Shown here one piece after another: positions 36,976 through 49,565 of a stretch of DNA of 64,000 nt; position 1 is the first letter of the stretch, and every line of letters begins with the position of its first letter. The notes under the pieces were generated by a model. The model was not told where the DNA came from. It did no database searches and saw only the letters and a program-made list of their open reading frames with translations. A program made the translations under genes and the position numbers. Where the stretch lies: assembly GCF_018350175.1 (NCBI RefSeq), contig NC_058382.1:56856001-56920000 (forward strand), in the 5' to 3' direction. The stretch comes from Felis catus. Lineage: Eukaryota.

Positions 36976-37815
36976 TAAGTGGGCACTGCACCCCTGAGGT
37001 TGTTCTAGAAAGACCAGACCTGATGCCTTGTAGGAAGCATGAGCAAGGCCCACCCCTGGTGTTGCTCAGCAGTCCAGGGTCTGGCTCATCTACTTTTGCA
37101 AAATAAAAATGTGATTTGATTTGACTGGCGCACACAGAGGTGCTCAGTTCTGTTCACGGGACCCCAAATTCACGAGGGACTGTAGTAAACCAGAGTCCTT
37201 CTCTCTGAACTAAAGTGGGACGCTATGTTGGAGGGTCTGTCAGTGCCCAGCGGAAGCCCGGGGACGTCCAGGGGCTGGTGCTGAGGCTGCAACAGAGCCT
37301 GGGAGCAAGCGGAAGGGTCTCCCTAGCTGGTGGTCACGCTGGGACCACGTGTGCGGTGCTGCGTGTCTCCTGGAGGCTGTTCCAGTGGTTTCTCATTCCT
37401 CGGCTCCCTTCTCGAGGCCCCCTCGAGGCCCCAGGCTGAGCACCCCTCCTCTCCGTGACCACAGCCTCCCTCGGATAGCAGTCACATTGCCTGGTCCCCA
37501 AGATCGCCTCCAAGTCAGGAATGTCAGCTCCCCTTCTCCTTGGCCACATACGTGTGGACAGCTCCTTGAGTCTCACCTTCTCATGAAGAAGCGACCCACT
37601 ACTCTTGGAGTCATCCTCACTCTGTCCTTGGAGATAACTCGTTCTTAGACCTCGGCAATTATCTTTTGACCACGCTTTAGCAAGTTAGCTGGGAAACAGC
37701 TTAGAGTGGGGGTTCAGAGCCAGGGCTCTGGGTCTGCGTTCCGACTCTATGACCTCGGTAGGTGTGTGCTCTGTTCTTCAGTGTCCTCGTCTGTAAGTGG
37801 GGATGTCATACCCAC

Positions 37816-38232
37816 TGTCTTAGTTTCCTATCGTCACCATAACAAATGATCGTAACAAATTGCTATAACAAATCACCACAAACTTGGTGGGGCTAGAAAT
37901 TGATTCTTCCCCAGTTCTGGAGTCCAAAACACCCGTAGCCGGCCTCACTGGGCCAAAATCAAGCTGGGCCACATTCCCTCTGAAAACACCAGGGAAGCCT
38001 CCTTTGCAACACTCCAGTCCCTGCGTCCACGGTCGTGGGGGCTTTAGCTCTCTTCTCTGTGTCTCACATCTCTCTCTGCTTCCCTCCTAAAAGGACACCT
38101 GTGGTTGCAGATAGTCCCAGTGATCCAAAATCACCTCCCCACCTCCAGATCCCCCACTTTATTATCCCTGCAAGGTTTTTGCCACATAAGGTAACATTCA
38201 CAGGTCCCCAGGATTAAGATGCGACGTCTTTT
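37816..38232 (-). mobile_element. MaLR LTR (MLT1C/D-like)
   Basis: tgtcttagtttcctat...taacaaatcaccacaaacttggtgg...cataaggtaacattcacaggtccccaggattaag. Confidence 0.82.
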
Positions 38233-39114
38233 CCACTGTGAAGATGAAGACGGCAATTTGCCCCAAACTCTTAATGGTTCAATCAGGTTTTAAAACATTC
38301 TCAGAACCAAAGCCGGCAGTATAGGGCAGAGATGATCGACTTCAGGCACCTTTGCCTGACTGATGACCTATCAGTTTTCATGTCTCTTCAGGGGCATATA
38401 TTCCAAAGATTGGTGGGGAATGGCAGGAAAACACAAGCATCTCTCTGGCTCGGGTATCAGAGTGATGGGAGAAATTGCCATGTGTCACTGGGAGAGTCCC
38501 CCTTTACCCAGGCCCCTTGGTTCAAAGAAATCGGAGTCCTGTTCAGTTAGAATCTCCCTGGTAGGTGGGATTTTCATTTCTTACCTAATGCACATTTGGT
38601 TTGAACTTCTTAGAATGAGAATGGGTTACCTTTACAAAACCCTCAAAAAATACTAACATTTTTTAATTCTTTGAAGGTTTCCCATTATCCAGAATCCAAA
38701 CCCCTTACAACAGTGGTTCAGGGTCTTTATAATCCATCTAAACTCATTTCCTTTCAGTGTCCCCTGGAGAAGGTATGTTCGGACCACAACCATCCACCTT
38801 CTGACACCTAAACGCTCATTCACGCAGCAGCTGTCTATTGAGTGTTGTGTATGTGCTGAGCAATGTTTTCAGAGCTGTTGTCATGACAGCAGACAGATGT
38901 CCTTGCTTTTGTGGAGCTTATGCTCTAGTTGTGGTAGGGTCCCCTCCTTATGGGGAGGGGGAAAAAAAAACTCAGGGCAACCTGGCTGCACGCATACATG
39001 ACGGTATCCCTCACGACATTGTAACATGAGACCACTTAATCAGACTGCATGTTTGTGCGTTACCATATATGAGAGACAAAGAAATAGAAAATGTATAAAA
39101 AATACAGGATGTGA

Positions 39115-39327
39115 GGGGCGCCTGGGTGGCGCAGTCGGTTAAGCGTCCGACTTCAGCCAGGTCACGATCTCGTGGTCCGTGAGTTCGAGCCCCGCGTCAG
39201 GCTCTGGGCTGATGGCTCAGAGCCTGGAGCCTGTTTCCCATTCTGTGTCTCCCTCTCTCTCTGCCCCTCCCCCGTTCATGCTCTGTCTCTCTCTGTCCCA
39301 AAAATAAATAAACGTTTAAAAAAAAAT
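39115..39327 (+). mobile_element. Young SINEC_Fc-type CanSINE
   Basis: Perfect 18-bp TSD taaaaaatacaggatgtg (39096-39113, 39328-39345). Confidence 0.96.
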
Positions 39328-39928
39328 TAAAAAATACAGGATGTGGTATCTGGGGCTCAGTTCTTCTGGTACGAACCCAACTGAGCCGTGCCGGCACGAA
39401 TAAAGTTGCTTCCTGGAAGGAAAAGCCTCAGTGTCACGAGTCTCCATGCAAGGATCCTGTTACATAGTGAATCTCTCTGTTCCATGTGTTAATTCGTTCT
39501 GTTCTCTCTTCCTGACCTGTCTGCCCTCTCAATCTCTGACAGCACCCCACCCTTTCCTCCGGCCTTGGTTCAGATGCTACATCTTCTGTGAGGTCCCCAG
39601 GGTTACCCTCCATCAGAGGTAATGGCTGTTGCCTCCAGGTCCATGGTAGGTCCATGGGTCCTACCTGTATCTCCACGGTAGGGATTCTCCCACTGGCTCT
39701 GCACAGGGACGCACCCAGGGTGTAAAAGAAACACAACCGGACTTGGACGGCCGTGAACTCTGCCTCTGTGAGAACCCGGCAGATACGAGCTCTCTCCTCA
39801 CAGGCTTGTCGTGAGGCACTAAGGTGGTGTGCGCACCAAATATTCAGCACGGAGTTGGTCAGCCGTCATTTTCTAAATGGACAACTCTAACTGTAATGAT
39901 GTTTTGGGGGTCGTATTAAGAATTTCCC

Positions 39929-40615
39929 GGGAGCACCTGGGTGGCTCAGTCAGTTAAGCGTCCGACTTCGGCTCAGGTCACGATCTCACGGTTCGCGGGT
40001 TCGAGCCCCCCATCGGGCTCTGCTGACAGCTCAGAGCCTGGAGCCTGCTTCGGATTCTGTGTCTCCCTCTCTCTCTCTGCCCCTCCCCCACTCGTGCTCT
40101 GTCTCTCTCTGTCTCAGAAATAAATAAACATTAAAAAAATTGGGGGCGCCTGGGTGGCGCAGTCGGTTAAGCGTCCGACTTCAGCCAGGTCACGATCTCG
40201 CGGTCCGTGAGTTCGAGCCCCGCATCAGGCTCTGGGCTGATGGCTCAGAGCCTGGAGCCTGTTTCTGATTCTGTGTCTCCCTCTCTCTCTGCCCCTCCCC
40301 CGTTCATGCTCTGTCTCTCTCTGTCCCAAAAATAAATAAATGTTGAAAAAAAAATTTAAAAAAAAAAAAAATTAAAAAAAAAACACACAAAACAAGAATT
40401 ACCTGGCATCTGGGGTGCCTGGGTGGCTCAGTCGGTTAAGCCACAGACACTTGATTTTGGCTCAAGTCATGATCCCATGTGTTTGTGAGATCCAAGCCCC
40501 TGGGCTGGGCTCTATGCTGACAGTGCGGAGCCTGCTTGGGATTCTCTTTCCCTCTCCCTCTGCACCACCCCCCACCCCTGCTTGTGTGCTCTCTCTCTCT
40601 CTCTCTCTCTCTCTC
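39929..40615 (+). mobile_element. Array of three CanSINEs: 39929-40141, young copy 40143-40372 inserted in its tail, and a tail-less older copy 40411-40615
   Basis: Three heads. aagaatt(t/a)cc(c/t)gg flanks the first two. Confidence 0.93.
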
Positions 40616-40710
40616 GGGCACCTAGCGTGAGAGCTTGTGCCCGGTACTCGGTGAACATTTCCTGAATCTGTGCTGAGTGTAACATGATGTTGTTTGGGAT
40701 TTTCTTCCAG

Positions 40711-40853
40711 GTATTCCGTTTACAAGGACCCAGCCGGCTGGCTGAACATCAACCCCATCAATGGGACCGTTGACACCATGGCAGTGCTGGACCGTGAGTC
40801 GCCATTCGTCCACAACAGCGTGTATGCTGCCCTCTTCCTAGCAATCGACAGTG
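40711..40853 (+). CDS. CDH13: CDH13 coding exon (human exon 11 equivalent), EC4 domain, 143 nt, phase 2 to phase 1
   Basis: Acceptor ttttcttccag|G and donor GTG|gtgagt. Translates (R)[47 protein letters not shown](G), with the cadherin LDRE motif. Missed by the ORF track. Confidence 0.97.
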
Positions 40854-41269
40854 GTGAGTAATTTTTAAAGGGCCACCAAGTGTATATGTCTCAGCGGTAA
40901 GTGTATTTTCGCGTGTTACATTTCCTCTCATAACACCTGGAGGTGTTCTTGGGAAGAATACAAATGTGGGGGGGGGGCGGGGGCGGGGAAAGCAAACGCA
41001 GAAACACACAGTGAGTCAGTTATACACCGGGTTCTCCAGTCTTTGTCCAGTTAGAGGTCAGAGTGGTGAGCTCACTGTGCTTCGTCCAGGGTAGGCGCCA
41101 GGGCCAGGAAGGCACGTTGACGTCCTTTGTCTTGGCCTCATGCTGTCCCAGAGGGCCTCGCCAAACCTGGCGACTGAATTGGCCCTGCAGCTTTTATCCT
41201 GTTATCACAGGAGACCATGGAAAGACATCAGGTGCACTCAGCGAGGAGCTTCATAATCGCAGAACAATT

Positions 41270-42000
41270 GCTGTTCATTCAGAAGCTAATAATGCAACAT
41301 CCAGGTGCCAAACTCCCTTCTGGATGCTGGGGATACAGCAGCGAACACACAAAACCCACTCTCCCTGTGCCGCTGATACGCTCACAGAGAAAGGAAGAAA
41401 ATTGAGTAAAATACGTAGTACACTTTGGGGGTTGGGGGGATGAGAACGTACTATTTATGTATGAAACAAGGAAACGCAGAAAAGACTGTGGATGACAGGG
41501 TCCTGAAGTTCTCAAGAGGCAGCCCTCGGGGGCCCCCCTGGAGCAGTGACATTGGAGTAGAAACATGAAGACAGTGGAGAAGGGAGCCCTGAAGTTCTCT
41601 AAGGGAGGAGCCAGAGGGCCAAGAGGGTTGGACCAGAGAGAGTGGGCGGGACGGGAAGGGGGTCGCCCTACACCACCCTCCGATTTCACTGTGTGTGAAA
41701 TGGGACGCCATCGCCAAGGGCCGGGTAGGGTTCAGTGTGACAGGACCGTGCTGCCCTGTTGAGAGCAGACGTGGGGGACAAGGACACAAGTACAGAGACC
41801 TCTTAGGAGACTGTGACCCTGTAGGCATGACGGGCGCTTGGACCCGTTATGGGAGAGGAGAAGAGAAGAGAAGAGGTCAGATTCTGGAGATAGTCTCTGT
41901 GTTTCAGACGCAAATCTAATAGCAGCTGCCACTGGCTGAGACGGGGGGAGGGGGTCAGAGCCGGTTTGGAGGTTAAGCTGGTGAAGATGAGATGTCTATC
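41270..42000 (-). mobile_element. L2 fragment
   Basis: gttcattca...gatgctggggatacagcagcgaac...aggtcagattctggaga. Confidence 0.65.
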
Positions 42001-42861
42001 GTATCGATCACCTGAGAAGGTTTGCTCTCCCTCTTATTCTCAAAAGCCCGCGGTTCGTGGCCCAAGCTTCAGTTTGGAGTCCCGTATATCAAAATGAGTA
42101 TTCACAGGGCCTTTGACGTGCCCTTCGTTACACTCGATAACAGGTGAACTAAGAACTCTCAGACTCCGTCTCCGTGTGCTAGGTTCTGACGTGCAAGCCG
42201 CCTACGGGATCAGGTGTCTGAGAAGGGCACGGTCGGCGTGGTGTATGATAGGCAGACAGGGCTTCACGGTGAAGCCAGCCTTTGAGTTTGGCCTTGGAGG
42301 GCAGGTAGGATTTGCGTCCATGGCAGGGTAGGAGGTAAAGGTGCCCGAGAACACAGAGCAGAGGAACCAAGACCAGGAGGGAGTGTGGTGCGGACGGTAA
42401 GAAAGGGAGAGAGAAGCGGTACATCCACTGTGAGTGAACAAGTGGAAACCTGTTTGGATGGAAGCCGAACAGTCATATCTTCAAAGCGTCTCAACATCCA
42501 GACGAGTCATTTCACAGAGGCGGCAGCCAAAAGACCCCAGAGGTTCTTGAGGAGGAAATGGCACGATGACGTAGCACACAGACATTCGTCCACAGACGCC
42601 GGGCTTGGTCCGGGGGACCCAGAGTTGAGTAATGCCTGGGCCTTGTGTTCCATGAGCTAATGAGTGATTTGGGGAGATAGGCCAATAAGAAGAAGACCAC
42701 AGTGCAATGTCATAACTGTTCTGATGGAACTAAGCCCAGAGGGGGCCCTTGTCCAGCCTTCGTGCTGGTCACAGGGAGCTTCTTGGTCAAGGGGATCCCT
42801 ACGGAGTGATGAAGGAGGAGTTGAGGAAAAGCAACACAGTTCTGTAATCCCATTCCCGTTA

Positions 42862-43225
42862 CTTATTTATTTTTTTATTTTTTAAAATTTACATCCAAAT
42901 TAGCATCTAGGGCAACAGTGATTTCAGGAGTAGATTCCTTAAGCCCCTTCCCCATTTAGCCCATCCCCCCTCCCACCACACCTCCCGTAGCCCTCAGTTT
43001 GTTCTCCATATTTATGAGTCTCTTCTGTTTTGTCCCCTTCCCTGTGTTTTTATTATTTTTGTTTCCCTTCCCTTATGTTCCTCTGTTTTGTCTCTTAAAG
43101 TCCTCATATGAGTGAAGTCTGACTGACTTCTTCGCTTAGCATAATACCCTCCAGTTCCATCCATATAGTTGCAAATGGCAAGATTTCATTCTTTTTGATT
43201 GCCAAGTAATACTCCATTGCATGCA

Positions 43226-43293
<68 letters not shown>

Positions 43294-43903
43294 CACACAC
43301 ACATACCACATTTTCTTTATCCATTCATCCATCGAACGACATTTGGGCTCTTTCCATACTTCGGCTACTGTCGATAGTGCTGCTATAAACATGGGGGTGC
43401 ATGTGTCCCTTCGAAACAGCACAGCTGTATCCGGTAGATAAATGCCTAGTCGTGCAATTGCTGGGTTGTAGGGTAGTTGTATTTTTAACTTTTTGAGGAA
43501 CCTCCATACTGTTTTCCAGAGTGGCTGCACCAGTTTGCATTCCCACCCACAGTACAAGAGGGTTCCTTTCTCTCCACATTCGAGCCAACATTTATGGTTT
43601 CTTGTGTTTTTGATTTCACCCATTCTGACAGGTGCAAGGTGACATCTCATTGTGCTTTTGATTTGCATTTCCCTGACGATAAGTGACGCTGAACATCTTT
43701 TCACGTATCTGTTGGCCATCTGTATATCTTCCTTGGGGAAATGTCTGTTCGTGTCTGCTACCCGCTTTTTAATTGGATTATTTATTTTGGGGGGTGTTGA
43801 GTTATATCAGTTATTTATATATTTGGGTACTCACTCTTTACTGGATATGTCCTTTGCAAATATCTTCTCCCAGTCAGCATGCAGCCTTTTCGTTTTGTTG
43901 ATT
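42862..43903 (-). mobile_element. Carnivore L1 3' fragment (ORF2 C-terminus plus 3'UTR) with internal (TA)n at ~43229-43293
   Basis: ORF 43186-43719(-) reads [18 protein letters not shown]...[33 protein letters not shown], the L1 ORF2p Cys-rich region. Poly-T at the left end. Confidence 0.95.
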
Positions 43904-45143
43904 GGAAAAGGTAACACATTCTAGTAGAAGCCTGAAAGAATACGAATATGTGAGACACTGAAAAGGCTAGATTGGCAGGTTCCATATATGCGAAGCTAGG
44001 AGCAGAGAAATGGCCAGGCACCCACTGCTCTAAGGTCGGTACCAGCTCCTTTGTCGAATGTTTGGCTGCTACCACAGTGCCTGGTTTAGAGCAGGCACTC
44101 ACATATCTGTGGACTGGATCCTGAAACAGATCCTGAAATGCTCTATATGCTATGCCAAGGTGTTTGATTACGTTGCTTCCTTGCCTCCAGAATAACCCTT
44201 GTGCATTAGAAAGATAACCCCTATGGCTGTATAGAAACTGCCTCCAATGATGAGAGGGGAGGCAAGGAGGCCTCCTAGAGCTGTGGCAGAAATCGGGGTA
44301 AGAGCATGGGCCAATGCCCAAGCGGCGAGGTCGGTTTAGATGGAGTGAGCCTAGAGTCAGGAAAAATGTTGACAGCCATTGCCACGTTCTTAGTTGCAGG
44401 CATCAGGGTGTGCCTGGTGACAATAGAAATGGACCAGAAAGGGTGAGTCTAGAAAATACCTAGAGGGAAACAAATACATACTTAACATAAAATACTGAAA
44501 GGTGATATCAGATTTCTAGTCCAGAAACCGGGAATGAGTATTCCATTGAAATGGAACAGGTTTCAAAGGGTTCTTCCCAGGTTGTCTTTATTGGGGGGGG
44601 GGGGGGAGCAGGGGGGTGGATGTGGAGGTGATGTCGCATGAGAAGCTGGCAAATTGGGACGGGAAGAGAGGTGAGGAGGTTTTTCTTAGAGAGCCACCCA
44701 CGCAAAAGAGATGGGAGCCATCAGAACAGGTAAGTTTTGTAGAAGGAACAGGTCTAGACGGGAGTGTTAAGGGCATCAACAGTGGGTGACCAGAAGCCAA
44801 GAAAGTTTAAAATGCTGTTTGAATAAAAAGTATCAATTATAGATCCACTAAAGTAATGATTTCAGAGTTCTGTGCTACCAAAAGTATCTGTACTTGTAGA
44901 GAAAATTCTCAGCTAAGAACAGCATGAAGAAAGGTTGAAATGCAGGAAATAGAGTTGCCATTGCCTTGAAATATTTTACACAGTTAGTGATCAAAAAAAG
45001 AAAACTAGAAGTGAAGTACATTTTAATTTTTTCCAGAAAAATTAGGTGTGACTAGGAAAGCTGCCTATAGACTCTGCGACTCAGGTTCTATTTCCATAAA
45101 GTAAGGAAGGTAATTCCTATTTAGAAGATTGTTGTGAGATTAT

Positions 45144-45613
45144 TGGGGCGCCTGGGTGGCTCAGTCAGTTAGTTGTCCAACCTTGGCTCAGGTCATGATC
45201 TCGTGATTCATGGGTTTGAGCCCCATGTCAGGCTCTATGCTGACATCTCAGAGCCTGGAACCTGCTTCAGATTCTGTGTCTCCCTCTCTCTCTCTCTCCC
45301 CCTCCCCTGCTCACGCTCTCTCTCTCTCTCTCAAAATAAACATCAAAAAAACTTTTTTTAAAGAGGGTTGTTGTGAGAAGTGAGAAAGTGGGGGCACCTG
45401 GGTAGTTAAGTGTCCAACTCTTGTTTGGCTCAGGTCGTGATCTCGTGGTGTGTGAGTTCAAGCCCCGCACTGGGCTCTGTGCTGACAGTGTGGAACCTGC
45501 TTGGGATTCTCTCTTTCTCTTTCTCTCTCTCTTTCTCTCTGCTCTTCCCCCACTCACACATGCACATGTGCTCTCTCTCTCTCTCAAAATAAAAAAAAAA
45601 AAACTTAAAAAGA
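45144..45613 (+). mobile_element. Two CanSINEs (45144-45361 and 45390-45613)
   Basis: Two heads and tails. First has TSD ttgttgtgaga. Confidence 0.92.
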
Positions 45614-46393
45614 AATGAGAGACCAATGTGCTGTGCCCTCTACACTCACCATCAAAAGCCATATGAAATGTTCATTACATGTCAATCTCACCCCAGTGGA
45701 GGTTATAGAAAGGAAAGAATGGAGCCAAGAATGGTCCTCAAGAAAAATACGGTGCGAAATCTACTTCTTGTCTAACTCTTTTCATACTAATATCAAACAA
45801 GTATTTTCAAAATCCAGTGTCACAGATGTTTCCAAAAGGACGAAATATCCCTGAAGATGTAATGATAAATGGAAAACAGGTTGGCATTAATACACAGAAC
45901 CGTCATTAGAGATGATAATCTCGAACAAAGCCCAAAAGACTTAGAGCAAAAAGAACATAAATTTAAAAAGAACTCATAAATCAAAGGAACTTTGGTGTAA
46001 AGTCTCCTTTTTGTCGCTCACCGAAAACTTATCTCTAGGTATTATGTTTAACCAGGAAACAGTAACATTTACCTATTAAATCAAAGTTAAGAGTTTAATT
46101 GATGTCTCCATTTTACACAAAGTAAGCATTTGATTTTATTTAACTTACAGACATTCAATGTATTTGATGGAATGAAAGAACAAAGATTTTTTTTTTGTCA
46201 TATAACCTAGGAAAGCTAAAGCAAAATAAAATTATTTTCTCTAAACAAGGAGTCCCTCAGGAATTTATATCCAAACATGTTGATAAAAGGTATGTCTGTA
46301 GGGCCTTCCAGGTAGCAATGTAATAGTGCAAAACCCAGGAAAATCAGGATAGATTACAACTTCAGACTTTAGACCCTCCCCAAAAGTCTTCAT

Positions 46394-46609
46394 CTTTTTT
46401 TTAATGTTTAGTTTTGAGAGAGAGGGAGAGAGGGAAGGAGCGAGCTAGCTCAAAGGAGGGGCAGAGAGAGGGAGACACAGAATCCAAAGGAGGATCCAGG
46501 CTCTGAGCTGTCAGCACAGAGCCCAACGCAGGGTTCAAACTCATGAATGGCGAGATCATGACCTGAGTCAAAGTCAGATGCTAAACCAACTGAGCCACCC
46601 AGGCGCCCC
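46394..46609 (-). mobile_element. CanSINE
   Basis: Reverse body ending aggcgcccc. Confidence 0.93.
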
Positions 46610-47053
46610 AAAAGATACTTAATGGTAAAGGCATTAGAGAGCTGCAGAAGACATGAAGCCTCAAACAGTGAAAACACCAAAGAGGGAAGAACATTCTTTA
46701 AAAACTGTAAGGTAGCCAGCCATTTCTTCTCTCTGAGGGTCTTTTCTGATTCCGGGTGAGGGTCGGGCTTGACCCAGACAGAGGGCCCAAGATGAAGGGA
46801 AATAAACCAGAAATGCTCATAACAGTCACATGGAGCCTATGTGACAAAGTGAAAACCTGGGGGTGCTTAAACACATGGCTGCTTTTCCCCCACGGACAAA
46901 TGCCCTGTAAAGGACAGGGTGAAATCTCCTGGGGTCTCACTGAAAGAAAGACCTCACAGAGGAAGCAAACCCACGTTAAAACCTGGCAAATGTCTTAAGG
47001 AGAGAATGGCTGTATGTTTAAAGATATAAAGCATTGGAGTACGGGATGGCTGG

Positions 47054-47268
47054 TGCTATAGACTGAATGTTTGTGTACCCCCAGTATTCATATGTTGAAA
47101 CCTAATCTCTCGTGTGATGGCATCTAGAGGTTGGGCCTTTGGGAGGTGCCCAGGTCATGCAAATGGAAGCAGATAAATGGGATTAATACTCTTCTAAAAG
47201 AGACCCCAGAGAGCTCCTTTGCCCCCACCCCTGCCATATGAGGACACAGCAGAAAGACTCTGTATTGA
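47054..47268 (+). mobile_element. MLT1A-like LTR 5' part
   Basis: tgctatagactgaatgtttgtgtacccc...ttcatatgttgaaacctaat...aaaagagaccccagagagctcc. Confidence 0.85.
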
Positions 47269-49565
47269 AAACTAAAAGTCACTACTAAGAGAATTTTTAA
47301 CTCTATGAAATAGAGAGACATACCATGTTCATGGATTAGAAGGTCAATGCTATTGAAATGTAAATTCTCTCCAAACTGACCTAAAGGATTCGACATGATA
47401 TCAAGCAGAATCCTAGGTCTTTGTTTTGAGGTGAGGAGAAGAAATGGATTATAAAATTCATATGGAAATATAAGGGGTTAAAATTAGCCAAGGCAACCTT
47501 GAAGAATAAGTTGGCAGACTTACGCTCTTCTATATTCAGACCTATTAGAAAACAATAGTAGTTACAGTTGTGGTGGTTGCACACAGACAGAAAAAAACAG
47601 ACTGATGAAGTAGAATAGAGAGTTTAGAGTTTAATAGCAGATACACACGCAGTCCCTGTTTGTGACAAGGACACGGTGGTTGGAGACAAGAAAGCATGGT
47701 CTCTGCAATAAAAATGCTGGGTTAATTGAATGCACATATGAAAAACAAAAGTGTATCCTGACTCTTCTCTTAGACAATATACAGTAATGAGTTCTAAATA
47801 TATTACAGGCCAAAATATGAAAGGTAAAATAATACATCTTTTAGAGAAAAACATACTGGTGTCCTTGACATAGGCCTTTGCCTATTTTTTTAAGTGGAAC
47901 ACAAAAGTATTCACCCCCAAAAGGAAAACGTGGCAGATGATGTTAAAATTCACAAGTTCAGTTCATCAAAGGATATCATTAAGAAAGTAAAAAGGTGGGG
48001 CGCCTGGGTGGCTCAGTCAGTTAAGCATCCAACTCTTGATTTCGGCTCAGGTCATGATCTCATCATTCGTGAGTTCAAGCCCCGCATCGGGCTCTGTGCT
48101 AACAGTGCGGAGCCTGCTTAGGATTCTCTCTCTCTGCCCTTCCCCAGCTCACACTCTCTCTCTCTATCTCAAAATAAATAAGTAGGGGCGCCTGGGTGGC
48201 TCAGTCGGTTAAGCGTCAGACTTCAGCTCAGGTCACAATCTCGCGGTCCGTGAGTTCGAGCCCCGTGTCGGGCTCTGGGCTGATGGCTCAGAACCTGGAG
48301 CCTGCTTCCGATTCTGTGTCTCCCTCTCTCTCTCTCTCTGCCCCTCCCCCGTTCATGCTCTGTCTCTCTCTGTCTCAAAAATAAATAAACGTTAAAAAAA
48401 AATCAAAATAAATAAGTAAACTTAAAAAAAAAAAACCTCGGGGCGCCTGGGTGGCGCAGTCGGTTGAGTGTCCGACTTCAGCCAGGTCACGATCTTGCGG
48501 TCCGTGAGTTCGAGCCCCGCGTCGGGCTCTGGGCTGATGGCTCGGAGCCTGGAGCCTGTTTCCGATTCTGTGTCTCCCTCTCTCTCTGCCCCTCCCCCGT
48601 TCATGCTCTGTCTCTCTCTGTCCCAAAAATAAATAAACGTTGAAAAAAAAAAATTAAAAAAAAAAAAAACTCTGGCAAAAAAAGAAAAAAGAAAGGAAAC
48701 AGGTAACCCCCAGAGAAGATATTTACAATACAAAGAAATCCTATAATCTGTAAGCAAAAGACACAGCCCAACACAGGATAGGGAAGGAACGTGAGTGGGT
48801 ACTTCACAACAGAGGATACATAAATGCCAATAAACATGGACGAGATAAACAACTCCGTGACTCAAAGAAATAAATATTAAATTATGCAGGAAGAAATTAA
48901 AATACAAATCAGTCAAAGACATACGATGAAATGCAATACTGTGACCCACCTACCAAAGAGCTGAACTGGTCACATGCAACATACCGAGTGTTGGCAAGGA
49001 TGTGAAATCATCAGGAGCCTCACATCCAGCTGGTGGAAAGCCAACCTGGTACAAACACTTTGGGCCCGGAAAGTATCAGCTAAGGGTGACCAATGTACAC
49101 CCTACGATCGAGGAATGACACACCTAGCTATGTATCCAACAGAAATGTGGATAGTTCACCAAAATGCAGGTGCAAGAATGTTAATAACAGCGCTATCCAT
49201 AATAGCCCCCAAACTGGAAACTACTCAAATGCCTGATAAGAATGCAGTAAGTAAAGTGGGCTCATTTACACAACTGAGACCGTACAACATTGAGAAGGAA
49301 CGATCTGCAACTATCCGCAGCAACACGGATGAATCTCGCCAACGTAAGATTGAGCCAAACAAAGCCAGATCGGAAGACCACATCCTGAATGGTTCCATGC
49401 ATATAAAGCTCAAACCCAGGCAGAGCCAATCATCACTGCTAGACTACCTGCTGGATGTCTTTCTTGACCCTGTAATATTGGACGATGTCAGTGCGTTCAG
49501 ATTGTGAAAACCCTTTATAGAAATACGAGTGTTCCTAATATTTCAATTAAAACTTAACGCCAAAA
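47269..49565 (+). mobile_element. Old L1 (L1MC/ME-like) ORF2 3' part and 3'UTR, interrupted by a SINE cluster
   Basis: agacataccatgttcatggattagaagg, gagtgttggcaaggatgtg and aaactggaaactactcaaatgcc motifs; degenerate ORF2-like ORF 48974-49507. Confidence 0.85.
47997..48670 (+). mobile_element. Three nested/tandem CanSINEs (47997-48184, 48185-48404, young 48440-48670)
   Basis: Second copy has TSD aaaataaataagta. Third has the young diagnostic head. Confidence 0.94.

Noticed and set aside
43186..43719. 177-aa ORF with Cys-rich motif as a possible host gene
   Set aside because: It is the L1 ORF2p C-terminus of a 5'-truncated copy, with the CCHC His replaced by Tyr and a (TA)n disruption
48974..49507. 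177-aa + strand ORF
   Set aside because: Degenerate L1 ORF2 end and 3'UTR read-through
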